From: Felis catus
Lineage: Eukaryota
Direction of reading: 5' to 3'
Length of the DNA stretch: 64,000 bases
NCBI RefSeq assembly: GCF_018350175.1
Contig: NC_058368.1
Location: 90,460,001 to 90,524,000 of the forward strand
A program made the position numbers and the translations under genes. The notes under the pieces were generated by a model. It was not told the origin of the DNA. It searched no databases and saw only the letters and a program-made list of their open reading frames with translations. How positions within the stretch are numbered: position 1 is the stretch's first letter; every line of letters starts with the position of its first letter. Shown here one piece after another: positions 1-11,919 of this stretch.

Positions 1-44
1 CACTGAAATTCTCTACCTGATGATTTTATTTTTCTTTACTTACT

Positions 45-309
45 TTTAAAGTAATCTCTACACCCAAAGTGGGACCTGAACTCAGGACCCCAAGATTGAG
101 AGTTGCATGCTCTGCCGATTGAGCCAGCCAGCACCCCTCATCCTGACAATCTTTTTTTTTTTTTTTTTTTTTTTTTTAATGTTTATTTACAGGCTCCAGG
201 CCCTGAGCTGTCAGCACAGAGCCCCACCCGGGGCTGGAACCTGGAAACAGGGAGATCAGGACCTGAGCCGGAGTCCGGTGCTCAACCAACTGAGCCACCC
301 AGGCGCCCC
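45..309 (-). mobile_element. Two Can-SINE remnants (~45-137; 152-309 with internal deletion)
   Basis: T-run tail; CTGAGCCACCCAGGCGCCCC head in reverse. Confidence 0.8.
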
Positions 310-379
310 TCCCCCTCTACCGAACAATCTTAAAATAGCTTAAAATCAGAAGAAAAAACCCCGCAACACTGAAATTGCT

Positions 380-940
380 CATTTCCAGAAGCCCCATGAA
401 TCGTGGTAGACCACAGTGGCGGGAAACAGCCGTTTTCATTCCCTCACGCTCTTCCAAGAGAGAGGAGGGCGGGCCTTCAAGGGACCATTTTGGGGACCAG
501 AAAGAAGTCTCTGAAACGCTGATAAACTTACCTTCTCAACAAAACACTTAAACGCAAAGCCTCCTGTTTGCATGGAGCGAGTTGCTCAGAAACAGGATTT
601 GGGGATTGGGCCCCGGAACGTGCATGGCTTGTGGGAAAAGTCCGGGTAGAAAGCAGGGCAGGGCGGCCAGCTGAGCTGTGATGTGGCTGCGGCCCGGCTG
701 CCAAGGGGGCCCTGCAGCCGGGCCGGCCCACTGGGTGGCCCCGAACTGGGGAGGCAGGTCGGGCCTCGGCACCCCCAAAGCGACCAGGTATTGAGAGCGG
801 GCGGCCCTGCGTAGGATACGTTAGGTGGAGCTGCGAAGCTCCCTATTCAAGGCCAGTCCCAGGGAGAATCCCTCTGGCCTCCGCCCGCAGCACTGGGGGC
901 GCGCCACAGCGACACCTAGAGTCCGCACCTTGCACCACTC
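380..940. promoter_or_regulatory. Orphan CpG-rich segment, candidate promoter/enhancer
   Basis: Elevated CpG; GGGCGGG at 467-473, E2F-like GGCGGGAAA at 418-426, consensus minus-strand donor AG|GTAAGT at 532/531. Confidence 0.45.
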
Positions 941-944
941 GTCC

Positions 945-1458
945 TCTTTATTTTTTTTATTTTTAATGTTTATTTTCAAGATTGAGTGCGAGCGGGGGAG
1001 GGGCAAAGACAGGGGGGACAGAGGATCCCAAGCAGGTTCCACGCCCTCAGCAGCGAACCCAGTGCGAGGCTGGGACTCACCAACCCTGAGCTCATGACCT
1101 GCATCACCCAGGCGTCCCTTTGGGCCCTCTTTATACAGTAAGTTCAGTCCCCCAGCAAGTGGCACCTTACGACTCAGGACTCGTTTCCTGGGGAAATTTA
1201 AAATAAGGTTAGTGGGCGGGGCGCCTGGGTGGCTCAGTGGGTTGAGCATGGGACTCTTCATCTCAGCTCAGGTTATGATCTCATGGTTCGTGTTGGGCTC
1301 TGCACTGATATCTCGGAACCTGATTGGGATTCTCTCTCTCTCTTTCCCCCCCCTCTCTCTCTCTACCCCTCCCCTCCTCTCTCTCTCTCTCTCTACCCCT
1401 CCCCTCCTCTCTCTCTCTCTCTCTCTCTCTCTCAAAATAAATAAACTTAAGAAAAAAA
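945..1458. mobile_element. Head-to-head Can-SINE pair (945-1117 minus, 1218-1458 plus)
   Basis: Heads face away from a ~100-bp spacer. Confidence 0.85.
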
Positions 1459-2177
1459 GGCTGGTGGAACACACAACAGCTGGTTTCAGGCTTCATCACC
1501 TCCGTCTTCTACCACCCAGTCTAGATTGCCCTCACCCTCAGCTAGCACTTCAGCTAACCTGGAAGGGTCACCAAGACCTACCCAGACCCATATACGTGGA
1601 AGGGTCTGAGCCCCTGGTCACCCAGCACTATCAATGCATGGTGGCCGCACCTGTCCACTCATCACCAAAATCACACCAAGAGACACAGCATGGGGTCAGC
1701 GGGGTGGAATGCACTCTGCCTCCCCAGTGTGGAACCTCACCCTCCTCCCTTAATGGTCAAGGTCAACTCCTCTTGCCAGGACCCTGGCCTCTTCCTCTGA
1801 GCTCAAAGGACCCAGGAGGCAGCTGTAACTTAAAGCCTAATGGGACTCCTGCTGTGTCTTCTGGTGGGTATGTTCTCCCTTTGGGAGCCAGGGTCTCTGG
1901 ATGCACACAGCCTAAAGTTTCAGGACAGAAAGCACAAGCTCTCCCAATGGGTCTCTGGAGTGACAACAAGCAGGGCCACCTCTAGGCCACCTCTACTTCC
2001 ACTCTTGGGTTGCCCCTCCCCCTCCCGTCTCCTACCTATTGGAGCTGCAGCCCCATGTCCCAGTCACTGATCTGGGGTGTATACCCCTTCCTAGAGGAAG
2101 GGTAGAGGGAAGAGGATGGCATCCTTTCCTTGGAAAGTCTTATCACTAATCTGGTTCCTTACGTGTACCTTTTGTTG

Positions 2178-2389
2178 TGTTTATTTTTGAGAGAGAGAGA
2201 GAAAGAGAGAGAGACAGAGAGAGAATGAGCAGGGGAGGGACAGAGAGAGAGGGAGACACAGAATCAGAAGCAGGTTCCAGGCTCTGAGCTGTCAGCACAG
2301 AGCTCGAAGTGGGGCTCGAACCCACGAACTGTGAGATCATGACCTGAGCAGAGGTTGAACGCTTAACCCACTGAGCCACCCAGGTGCCC
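2178..2389 (-). mobile_element. Can-SINE inserted in the ERV-L integrase relic
   Basis: TTTATTTTTGAGAGAGAG...CTGAGCCACCCAGGTGCCC. Confidence 0.88.
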
Positions 2390-2669
2390 TCTGATCTGTA
2401 CCTTTCAACAGTCTTTCCATTGCTCTTCAGGTCAGCAAATTCTGGGTGTCCAGAGGGAGACACAGCACATTGGATCCTGCTGCCATGCATCCACATGTCG
2501 TTGCTGTGGAGAGGCACTTGATCCAATCCAAGGTGACAGGATGTATTCTGTACTGGAAGGTCAAGCACTCTGAACCCTCACTGGCAGGACAGCCAGAGAG
2601 CCACACCTGGACTCTGTGTCCATTCCAGGATGTGCAAATTGCTGGTGCCAAGGACACAAAGGACAAAGA

Positions 2670-2879
2670 CTGAGGGAATGACCCAGATTAGGAGAATGAG
2701 GAGGCCTGACGACTCAATGCAATGTGATCCTGGATGGGATCGTGGACCAGAAAAAGGGCATCATTACAGGACAACTGTAATGATCAACAGATCTTAGTTA
2801 ACAGTCTCTGTTTTGGTGTTAATTTCCTATTTTTTTAATGTTTATTTTTGAGAGAGAGAGAGAGCATGAGCAGGGGAGG

Positions 2880-2925
<46 letters not shown>

Positions 2926-3580
2926 AGATTCAAAGTGGGTGCTATGCTGTCAGCACAGAACCTGATGCAAGGCTCAAACCCATGAACTGCGAGATCATGA
3001 CCTGAGCCAAAGTCGGATGCTTAACCAACTGAGCCACCCAGGTACCCTAATTTCCTGTTTTTAATAATTATACTGTTGTTGGGGTGCCGGGTGGCTTGGT
3101 TGGTTAAGCATCTGACTCTTGATCTCAACCCAGGTCTTGATCTCAGGGGTTGTGAGTTCAGGTCCCATGTTGGGGTCTGTGCTGGACATGAAGCCGACTT
3201 AAAAAAAAAGAAAAAAAAAATCATACTGTTGTAAAAGATGAACATATGAGGAAGCTGGGTGAACCGTACTAAGCATTCTTTGTACTATTGTAAAAAGCAA
3301 CTTTGTTGAGGTATATAATTTACATGCTATAAAATTCACCCATTTTAAATGTACAATTCAACTTCTGGTATATTTGCTCAGTTGTGCAGAGCATCACCAT
3401 GATCTGGTTTTAGAGCAATTTCATCACCCCAGTAAGTCCCAGCCCCAGGCCACCACTGATCTGTTTCTGTCTTTGCTGGTTTGCCTTTTCTGGACATTTC
3501 ACATAAAGGGATTCATTCCTATATTCCTATGATACGTGGTCTTTTGTGTCTGCTACAACTTGGCGTGTTTTTGAGATCTT
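2670..3580. mobile_element. Old L1 3'-end fragments (plus ~2670-3290, minus ~3300-3580) with two SINEs inside
   Basis: AATGCAATGTGATCCTGGATGGGATC...GAGGAAGCTGGGTGAA (L1MC-like); CTTTGTTGAGGTATATAATTTACAT...TTGCCTTTTCTGGACATTTCACATAAA (L1MB-like, antisense). Confidence 0.65.
2830..3220. mobile_element. Can-SINE pair (2830-3047 minus, 3081-3220 plus)
   Basis: TSDs AATTTCCT and ATACTGTTGT. Confidence 0.85.
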
Positions 3581-3847
3581 TGTTCTCTTTTCACAAATGT
3601 AAAATTATATCGAAACGAAAAGCCAGAAAAGAACAAAAAAATAAAGATGAATCACCACCCTTTCCAGCATGGGAGGGACTAACATACTACCAAGTGGCTA
3701 GTCTCAAGAGATGGGCTCAGAGGCTTGGCATTGGTCTCTGTTGCTGACAGGCTGGACATTCAGCAGTAACAGAGCTAGAGCAGCCTTGGTGAGTCAGAGC
3801 CATGCTGCTGGCATCATGCAGAGCACCGTACCTCCCCTCCCTGCGCA

Positions 3848-3886
3848 CCCCCCCCTCCTCCCCCCCCCCCCCCCCCCCCCCCCCCC
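3848..3886. repeat. Poly-C tract (C27 at 3860-3886)
   Basis: Read directly. Confidence 0.9.
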
Positions 3887-5060
3887 GCCACCATAGCTAG
3901 TCCATTCAAACGCCCTTTTCCCAGCACAGGAGGTTTCCACCTGACCAATGGAAGGTTTCTACAACAAGCAAGGGTGTCCACTCTGATTGAAGATCAAGGC
4001 CAGGGAAATGACCAGGCAGAGCTGTGAACCCAGCCATCCCACTGTGATCTGGGCCTGGGGCCAGGACTCCATTTACTGTGTACCCACTTTTACTCCCCTA
4101 ACCTAACCAGAGTCCTGATGACACTTGACTTCCTCAGGTATCAAAGGCACCTGTGTTCAAGGGCAATCCTAAAGCAACGCCAGGTATTCCTCTTCCTGGG
4201 GTATGTACAGTTCTCTGAGTAAATAAATGGCTGGAGGCCCCTCTGGGAAGGACCAGGACAACCATTACTGCACTCCTCACAGCGATGTGGGAGAGGCCTC
4301 CTTCATGAGATCCGGTCTCTCCTCTGGACAAGGGGTTCTGAGCCTGAGAATTGCCTCATGTCTGGGAACTGGGTAATGTTTTGTGACTTCATCTTGGGGC
4401 AGCTTCCCTCAGCCATTGGGCCAACGATCCCTTGAGTCCTTCCAGTTGTATAAAGGAAGCCAACCCCTGTCAGCTGCCCAGCCATTTGCCTCTGGCCACA
4501 CCATGATCCATTCATAGCTCCCTAGCTCTCTGTGAGTCTGGTCCTCCCTCCTGGCCTCTGAAAGGCCCGAGCTACCACCTGGTCCTATTGCTGTGGGATC
4601 CTCTAGATCCCATTGCTATCAGGGAGCCCGGTTCTGTTACAACATCTTCTGTCAGTTTGGGCCCCAGAGGAATGGCCACCCAGCTTCTCAACAATGTGGT
4701 GCCTCTTTCTTTTTGGTAGATGGAGGTCCTCTGGGTCCCTTTGTGGAACATACTTGGCTGGTGGGCATATTTGGCTGTCACAAATATAGAATTACGTCCA
4801 CTCTAACACACAGAACTTAAGAAAAGTGTCTTACTGCACAGCCAAGTATCAAAAAGAAGAAATAGCATTGGGTTTGGGGGGAGATAGAACTAACAGAGAT
4901 TTTGATTTTTTTTTTTTACTAAGAATCAAGGACCCCCTTGATCCTCCAGCTTTGAGAGTAACATGACACGGCGATGGGAATATCTGCAGCTCTTGACCTC
5001 GAAGATGACAGCAGTGGTTGGGCTCTGCCCCCCATTATAGAGAAACTGAGTATGGAACCA

Positions 5061-5256
5061 GGGGTAACTGGCTGGCTCAGTCGGTTGAGCGTCCGACTTC
5101 AGCTCAGGTCATGATCTCATGGTTGGTGAGTTTGAGTTTGAGCCCCACATTGGGCTCGCTGCTGTCAGTGCCAAGCCTGCTTCGGATCCTCTGTCCCCGT
5201 TCTCTCTGCCCCTCCCTCAGTCACACTCTCTCAAAAATGAGTATTAAAAAAAAAAA
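5061..5256 (+). mobile_element. Can-SINE
   Basis: GGCTGGCTCAGTCGGTTGAGCGTCCGACTTCAGCTCAGGTCATGATC..., A tail. Confidence 0.88.
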
Positions 5257-5604
5257 GGCAACTAAACAGGACCTGGGGAATTGCTCTGAGGGTGAGTCTA
5301 AGGGTTTCGAGTGAAACCTTTAAACTGCTAAGGACCTAGAGTATCCCTGAGTTATCTGGTCCACCTCCCTCCATTAGACACAAGGGCAGGGCTGGGTCCC
5401 AGAGAGGGGAGAGGCTGGTGGTCCCGAGTCCTACCCTCCTACCCATCATCACTGAGGTAAACCAAAACAGACGTCCCTTCTCCCTCCACCCAAGGAAAGG
5501 GAAAAATTGCCAAAGGAAATCAGCCACCAAAGAAGTCATGTCCGGGTCCACTTCCTACCTCCCACACTGTGGGTGCAGCCACGTGAAGCCAAATGCACAG
5601 GCGG

Positions 5605-8106
5605 TTTCCATACTAGCAAAATACTTTTATTACTTTATAATGATAAAAGAAGGAGAGTAAAGATTTCTTTTTGGTGTATACCAGAGTTAAGGGCAGTAGG
5701 AGGATAAGGGGATTAACAGGATTTTTATGTACTTTGATGACAATAGAAAGTTAACAATATCGACTGTTTGCCATAAAACTTATCATAGCTCCCCCAAAAC
5801 ACATATATAAAGGATCATAGTTTTAAAATCTATAAAAGTAAAAAATATACAGTCAGAAACTCTAACGCTTATTTCCTCTTTAATATAAAATTGTAAACAT
5901 TTATTTACACAAAGCAAATGTGTATAACAAAGTCCGAGCACCCTTTTCTTGTGAGTCATGGCTCCTGGAAGAGGGGATTTGCACTGAAGCGGAGTCTCCC
6001 CCCTTGACTACCCAAAAACCAGATTCATAAATAAAGCCATGGGCAGCTCCCTGGGGGGGGAACCCCAAGCATCACATTTTATTGCTCCGACACTGCAGCG
6101 AGAAGCCTGCTGTCTGTCCGGCGGCCCGAGGGCTAAGGCAGGGGCAGCCCTCCCCGGGAGGGGACAGAGGTGAGCGGCCAGGGGGAGAGCAGGAGAGGAA
6201 CAAGGACTCATCACCAGCCTGCAGCCCGCTATTTTTTGGTTGAAAACCCACTGAAGTCCCCCTCTTCCCCTTTAGATTGGGGAACTCACTCAGAGGGTGG
6301 AGTCTTCACTGGCTTTAGGATTTGTTCCCTTCTTTGAGAGCTAGATTCAGTACGAGGAAGGCAGGGAGGGCGTTTAAAGGGGAAATGGCCCAGACACCAC
6401 CCAAGGTGGCAAATGGCTATCAGAGAAGAGGATCTGAGGGTCCAACTACCCCCATGAAAGGCACTGCTGGTGCAAAATAATTACCCATGTGTGTGCAACC
6501 ATTCATCCTCTCAAAGCCACTCGGGCTGCCCACGTGGATCTCTTCCTTGGCTTAACTCTTTACATATGACACTCCTTGAATCACCCACTTTGAGACTCCA
6601 GGGAAATAAAAATGGGGTTGCGGTTTCTCCAGGGACCACTCTATATGGAAGCCACTCTCTTCAGTGTCTTATTTTCTCTCCAACACTCTGTTTAGAAGGG
6701 TTTCGCCCTGCACTTACCATTTTGCTTTTGTTCTAACCGAAGCGCTCTCTCCATCTTTGTTTCCAGAAACAGCCCACGGGGAATACTCTGTTCTGCGGAC
6801 TCTTAGCTTAGCCAAAGTCCATTAATTCACAGACCTTCAAAGAGAAATCCACTCCAGTCTTTAGAAAGGATGTATTAGTGTTATAAAGTCATTCTCTTCA
6901 AAAAGTGCACGTCATCTGACGAGGGAGAGAGGCAGAAGTGGTGAAACAGAGTGGAGTTCTCACCTGCGGCTCGGCCTGTGGCCTCCCTGCCCAACAGTGC
7001 ACACCTCTTTCCCTTCTTCCCCCAAACCTTTGCTTTCTGGGGAGGGGGCACCAGCCCCACTACTACAATGCTAGGGCTCCCTAAGGAATCGTAATGACTT
7101 TCCCCTCCAGTCTAGTAACCTGTGGCCTTAAAGAGGTTTTCCATTTGTGCTGGAGACAGAAGGGGAGGCAGAGAGGTCATGGGAACTGCAGATGGGGTGA
7201 AGGAAAGACGTCTGTGCACAGCAATGATCACCTTCCTGACGCATTAAATACAAGTTTTGAGAGAAACTGCAGAACAGGGGGAGGGTTTACAACAAAAGGG
7301 GACACAGGAATCCCAAATAATCCATCTCGGCATTTAGCCTGGGGGTGGCCTGGGGTCCTGGAAGCACAGCATTCTGGGGGGAGGAGGAGGAGCGCGGCTG
7401 GAGTGACCACATCTGTGTCACTAGTTCTGCTATCTCGCGGCATCCTGTTCCTTTTTGGCACATGCAGTCACAGCCTGTACTGACGGAAATGATTGCCCGG
7501 GGACCCTCCCTTTCCCCTGAAAGCGGACAAAGAGCAGGAATAAAAAGGGCTCTTAACCAAAGGAAACCCTAGGTTTCCAATGCCACTTAAAATCAATTTA
7601 AACCACCACCTATCCTAATCTGTCTTAAAATCTTAAAAAAAAAAATTAATCTTTTCTATGCTACAAATTGCAAATAGTTCTGCTATATAAAGTTGCAACA
7701 AAACCTGTCCCCAACACTGGGGAAAGAGGAGAAATCTTGGATTAAGTCAACACAATGGCAGAGATTTTTATGAGCCTGCCATCGTGGGGTTTCACCATTC
7801 TTACTGTTGGTTTTTTGGTCATTTGGATAGAAAACCACTCATAGAACCCTATCCTGCTGTCCCAACACCAGGCAACAAAGCCAGCAGATGGGCTGGGGCC
7901 AGCCCGACGGGCCACAACTGCTGGCTGGGAGCTGTGCACTCGGCAGACCCTGGCCTGGCCAGGCCAGACCTCCACCCTGGGGCTCTGGCTCCACCCACCC
8001 AGCTCCCCAGGCCGCGGGCTTTTGGTCCAATGTAGTTGCTCTTTCTTGAATCTGAGAATAAAAATACAGGCTGTGTGAACATTTGAGACCACCACAAATC
8101 CTCCAG
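5605..8106 (-). other. MAML1: MAML1 3' UTR (~2.2-2.5 kb), SINE-free
   Basis: Follows the stop codon; three AATAAA hexamers on the minus strand at its distal end; exact end is inferred. Confidence 0.75.
5626..6083 (-). terminator. MAML1: MAML1 candidate poly(A) signals: AATAAA at 6078-6083, 5900-5905 and 5626-5631
   Basis: TTTATT on the + strand at each position; the 5900 and 5626 sites lie in AT-rich context. Confidence 0.65.
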
Positions 8107-9086
8107 TTACTGAGGCCCTAACAGGTCATCCAGATCGTTCATCCACTCTTCCGAAGTCCTGTTCTTCAGCAGGGAGTCGATCAGGTCAGCATCTCCGGCC
8201 ATGCTGGCCAGCCCACTGCCACCCGGCTGCCCGCTGTAGGCGAAAGGCAGCTCCTGGCCCGCGGTCCGCACGGGATAGGCCTGAGTGCAGTGTAGTCCTG
8301 CCCGGCTGCTCATCGATGGCGCAGGGCTCTGGCTGAAGGCCCCCAGCTCGGGTGCGGCCGGGCTCAGGCCCGGCAAGCCCTGCTGTGGGGCTCCCTGGGG
8401 AGGTGCTGGTGCAGGGGCTCCGGTCCTCTGCTGCGCACTCACAGGGGGCAGCATGGACCCTGCCGCGGCTGCCGAGCTCATGGGGGCCATGGGCCTGCTG
8501 GGCATCGCCTGGGAGAACTGCGGGCTGGACATCTTCAGGTGGGCCTGCTGCATGTGGAAGCTGGAGGCTGCCGTGAAAGGGCTCACGGTGTTGTTCCCTG
8601 GGGTCTGGCCACTCAAGTTCGGCATTCCCTGATGCTGCCACGAGGGGTTCTGGCTTCCCATGGCAGCGGACACCCTTGGGACCTGTGGCTTTGTTAAACC
8701 AGAGTTCAGGGTACCCTTACTGTGCTGCTGGGGGAGGCCAGAGCTTCCCAGAGAGTTCTGCCCATAGGCAGCGGAGACCGAGGTGCTCTGGCCCACGCCA
8801 GTCTGCCGTGGAATGTGGGCATGTCCGTTGGTGGCCTGTGGTGGGGGCTGGCCAACTATCTGGGTTATGCCGGAAGCCAGGCCATAGAGACTGCTCTGTG
8901 GCAGGCTCTGGGAGCCAGTGAACTGAGCCACACCCCGGTCCTGCTGGCCTGAGTTTGAGGGGAGAGAGGAAACAGAAGTGTGTCCAGGACCCATTGACAT
9001 CAAATTCCCGGCCTGAGGAAACGCTCGAGAACAGCCGGGGTTTGATGCACCCAAGTTGTTCATGCCAGGCACAGCAGCAGAGGACC
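8107..9086 (-). CDS. MAML1: MAML1 coding exon 5 (C-terminal acidic transactivation region), stop TAA at 8107-8109
   Basis: Acceptor TCTTCCAG|GG at 9087/9086; ends DLIDSLLKNRTSEEWMNDLDDLLGPQ*; 980 nt; total CDS 354+1413+240+97+980=3084 nt. Confidence 0.97.
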
Positions 9087-9642
9087 CTGGAAGACAGAAA
9101 AAAGTCAGTCAATCAAGCTGGCATTTCCTGGACTGCCGCTGCGGAGACATCTTTAGGACCCAAGATGCAGCTGTTATTCTCTGGCATGAAAGGCAAAATC
9201 AGAACACTGGACATCTTATCGTCCATGGAATCTCAAAGACGACAGCCCTGGGAGTCAAAAGGGAAGCAGGTTTCCCACAGGATGGAATGGAGGCCAGTCT
9301 GGGGCAATGAGGAATTCAAGACAGGCTCAGAGGAAGGGGCAAACACCCCAGGGTGGCAGAAGCCAGGAGACTCGATGATTTAACCTTCCAAAGCCCACCC
9401 TATTTCTGCTCTGTGGGAGGTCCATGCCGGCCCGGGGGACTCCCAGACAGATCCAGCCCAGGGTCTGCCTTCAGGAGGCAAAGGCTCCATGTGGTGTAAC
9501 AGGGTTACAACAACAGCTGGGCAACAGGCCATGTGAGTGCAGGGGTCTGAAGGGTCAATGCCTGGGAAGATTTGGGGAGGGCTTCAGAGAGACGGTGACA
9601 AACACACTGGCTTTTTTAAAAGGGCTGAAGAAACTTCCTCTT

Positions 9643-9874
9643 GGGGCACCTGGGGCGCTCAGTCGGTTAAGGGTCCGACTCTGGCTCAGGTCATGATCTC
9701 ATGTTTCGTGAGTCTGTGCCCCGTGTTGGGCTCTGTGCTGACAGCTCAGAGCCTGGAACCTGCTTCAGATTCTGTCTCTCTCTCTCTCTCTTTCTCCTCC
9801 GCTCGTGCATGCTCTCTCTCTCTCAGAAATAAAGAAACATTAAAAAAAAATTAAAAATAAATAAATAAATAAAA
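9643..9874 (+). mobile_element. Can-SINE (MAML1 intron 4)
   Basis: Head, CT tract, (AAAT)n tail. Confidence 0.88.
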
Positions 9875-10689
9875 AGGTTGAAGTTTAGCAATTTCACTGT
9901 TTGGAGAAAGAGTATCCTAGACAGAGAAGAGAGTGTGTGCAACGGCATAAATTTACGAGAGGCGGTCTGTGTGGGGAGCTCCATGGCCAGAGTGCAGGGA
10001 GGGTATCCCACTGGCTAGAGATAAGGCTGGAGAGATAGCCGTGGCCAGACTCAGAAGAGCTGTGGCTGCCATGTGGAGGACACAGTTGCAAAGTCCCAGG
10101 GTAAGTGGACCGCAACAGTGGTTTGGGGGCTGGGTGGGGGCTGCTCAAATCAATCAGGGGAGGGGTGTACCAGCTATGGCACCATGGGAGTGAAAGAGGG
10201 AGAGTGTGAGATCCTGTTCTTGACACCACTGAACAACAAGGGGGCTGAGGGAGGGACTGAAAGCAGCAGATGCTGACTGATCAGTGGCGGGCACTGCATG
10301 GGGGAGATGGCCGGGAACAGGACAGAGAGGTTCTGTCCTCAGGGAACCTGCTGTCTGGGGCTCTGTCTTAAGCAATGGATGCACAGTGACAACACTCACC
10401 AAATGGGTTTCTGTGGGTCGGGGGTGTACTATTCAGGGGCTGGCCATGACTGAGCTCTTTGTTCCTCCTCTCCCTCTCTCCACCAGCACTTAAGAACTAG
10501 GCTGAGGGACAGAGGAGGGTGGAAACAGTCTGCTTGGCTCCCGCTGACAGCCCAGAACCATGTGAGATGCGATGAAGGCAGGAAGGCTGGCTGAGGCCCA
10601 GGCTCCTGAGAAGCCCGCAGACTTCAGCTCCACGGTCTGGTCAGCACACACATAAAACTCCACCTAGGGTCCTAGTCAGGACACAGCCA

Positions 10690-10899
10690 TGGGGCGCCTA
10701 GGTGGCTCAGTCGGTTAACCGACTGACTTTGGCTCAGGTCATGATCTTGCAGTTCATGAGGTTGAACCCCGCGTCAGGCTCTGTGCTGACAGTTCAGAGC
10801 CGGGAGCCTGCTTGATTCTGTGTTTCTCTCTCTGCCCCTCCCCCACTCATGCTCTATTTCTCTCTCTCACTCAAAAGTAAACAAACATTAAAAAAAAAA
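10690..10899 (+). mobile_element. Can-SINE (MAML1 intron 4)
   Basis: Head, CT tract, A tail. Confidence 0.88.
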
Positions 10900-11622
10900 T
10901 TAAGGAGCGCACAGCTGTGCTCAGCTTTCCCTGGGACACTTTAGAGTGAGAGTCGTTGACCAAAAAAGGGACAGGTTTTGAAGATAGGCCAAGAAGAGCT
11001 AGAAAGGCAGGTGCAACCAGGTTTTACTGCTTCTGTCAATTGGCGTATCTATGAGTTTCTGCAGTGAGGCCTGAGCAAGGGCAGTCAGGTTCCCTTGCAC
11101 ATCTGAGCTGCATCAGCCAAGACCTCAGAGTGTTTCCTGCCCCTCTGTGGTCAACTGTCGGCAGCTGATGCTGCCGTCTGGGACACCGAAGTGAGCGGAC
11201 AGGAAGAGAGAGCAGAAGCAAAAGGCCACACAAACTACACTTAGTCTCTCCTTATCTGGAAAATAAGAGCATCATTTTTTTGAAGGCACATAACGGCAGG
11301 AGCAAAGAACCTTCTTAAGAATTACAGAACCCATTTCCTGTTGATAAGCTAGCCTCCAGCTAGAAATGATTATGCTTCAAAAGACCGTGCAGCCAGAGTA
11401 CTGACCAAGGTGGTCTGCCTCTGTGACCCTCTCCTCCTAGCCTGCAAGGGAACTAGAAAGCCAGGCTCCATAGGCAGACCAAGGTTTACATAAGCAAGTC
11501 TATTTAGCCCCCAGCATATAGCATGGCAGACAGCAAGAAGCCAGCACGAGTGGAACGGACCACCTGCTCTGTCCTGTGCCTGCCTCTCCTGCCCGACTCT
11601 GCCGCTTCAGACATCCCCTCAC

Positions 11623-11719
11623 CTGTGAACTGTCCAACCTGCTGTGGGAAGGTGCTCTGGGTTGGGTCTTGGTACTGGGGAGGTGGGCGCGTGAGGTGGC
11701 GCTGAAACTGCTGTTTCTC
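11623..11719 (-). CDS. MAML1: MAML1 coding exon 4
   Basis: Acceptor TTTCTAG|GAG; EKQQFQRHLTRPPPQYQDPTQSTFPQQVGQFT; donor ACAG|GTGAGG; 97 nt, phase 0-1; not in the ORF track, read by hand. Confidence 0.95.
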
Positions 11720-11919
11720 CTAGAAAATGCCAAGAACAACAGAACAGTACAATAAGACCCACATGGAACAGAAACAACAGTTACATCAGAGAAAAGTAAA
11801 CTGCTATGGTTTGTTTCTCACAGATGGGTTCCTGTGAAGGTAATGCTCATGGTTTCATTTGGGGGATTTTTAATAAATTGTAGGAAACAGAAGGACGGGG
11901 CAGATCTAAGGAGCAATGA

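Larger units (their letters stand above)
1500..5000 (-). mobile_element. Decayed ERV-L (class III) provirus interior: gag, protease, integrase and dUTPase relics, interrupted by SINEs and L1
   Basis: Minus-strand peptides: PKLTEDVVTEPGSLIAMGSRG (gag-like, ~4570-4780); protease-like ~3900-4300; GMDTESRCG...HPEFADL (IN-like, ~2400-2650); ETLAPKGRTYPPEDTAGVPLGFKLQLPPGSF (ERV-L dUTPase-like, ~1790-1900); resemblance to ERV-L consensus is from recall. Confidence 0.75.

Noticed and set aside
881..1166. CTCF-like motifs (GCACTGGGGGCGC; CCAGCAAGTGGCAC)
   Set aside because: Each deviates at a core position; not supportable without a PWM scan
1212..1985. 257-aa plus-strand ORF
   Set aside because: Starts at GTG, runs through a SINE and CT tract, then antisense to the ERV-L relic; no protein-like composition
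8186..8952. Alternative-frame and antisense ORFs over MAML1 exon 5 (and similar ones over exon 2)
   Set aside because: Shadows of a GC-rich coding exon with no independent start or splice support
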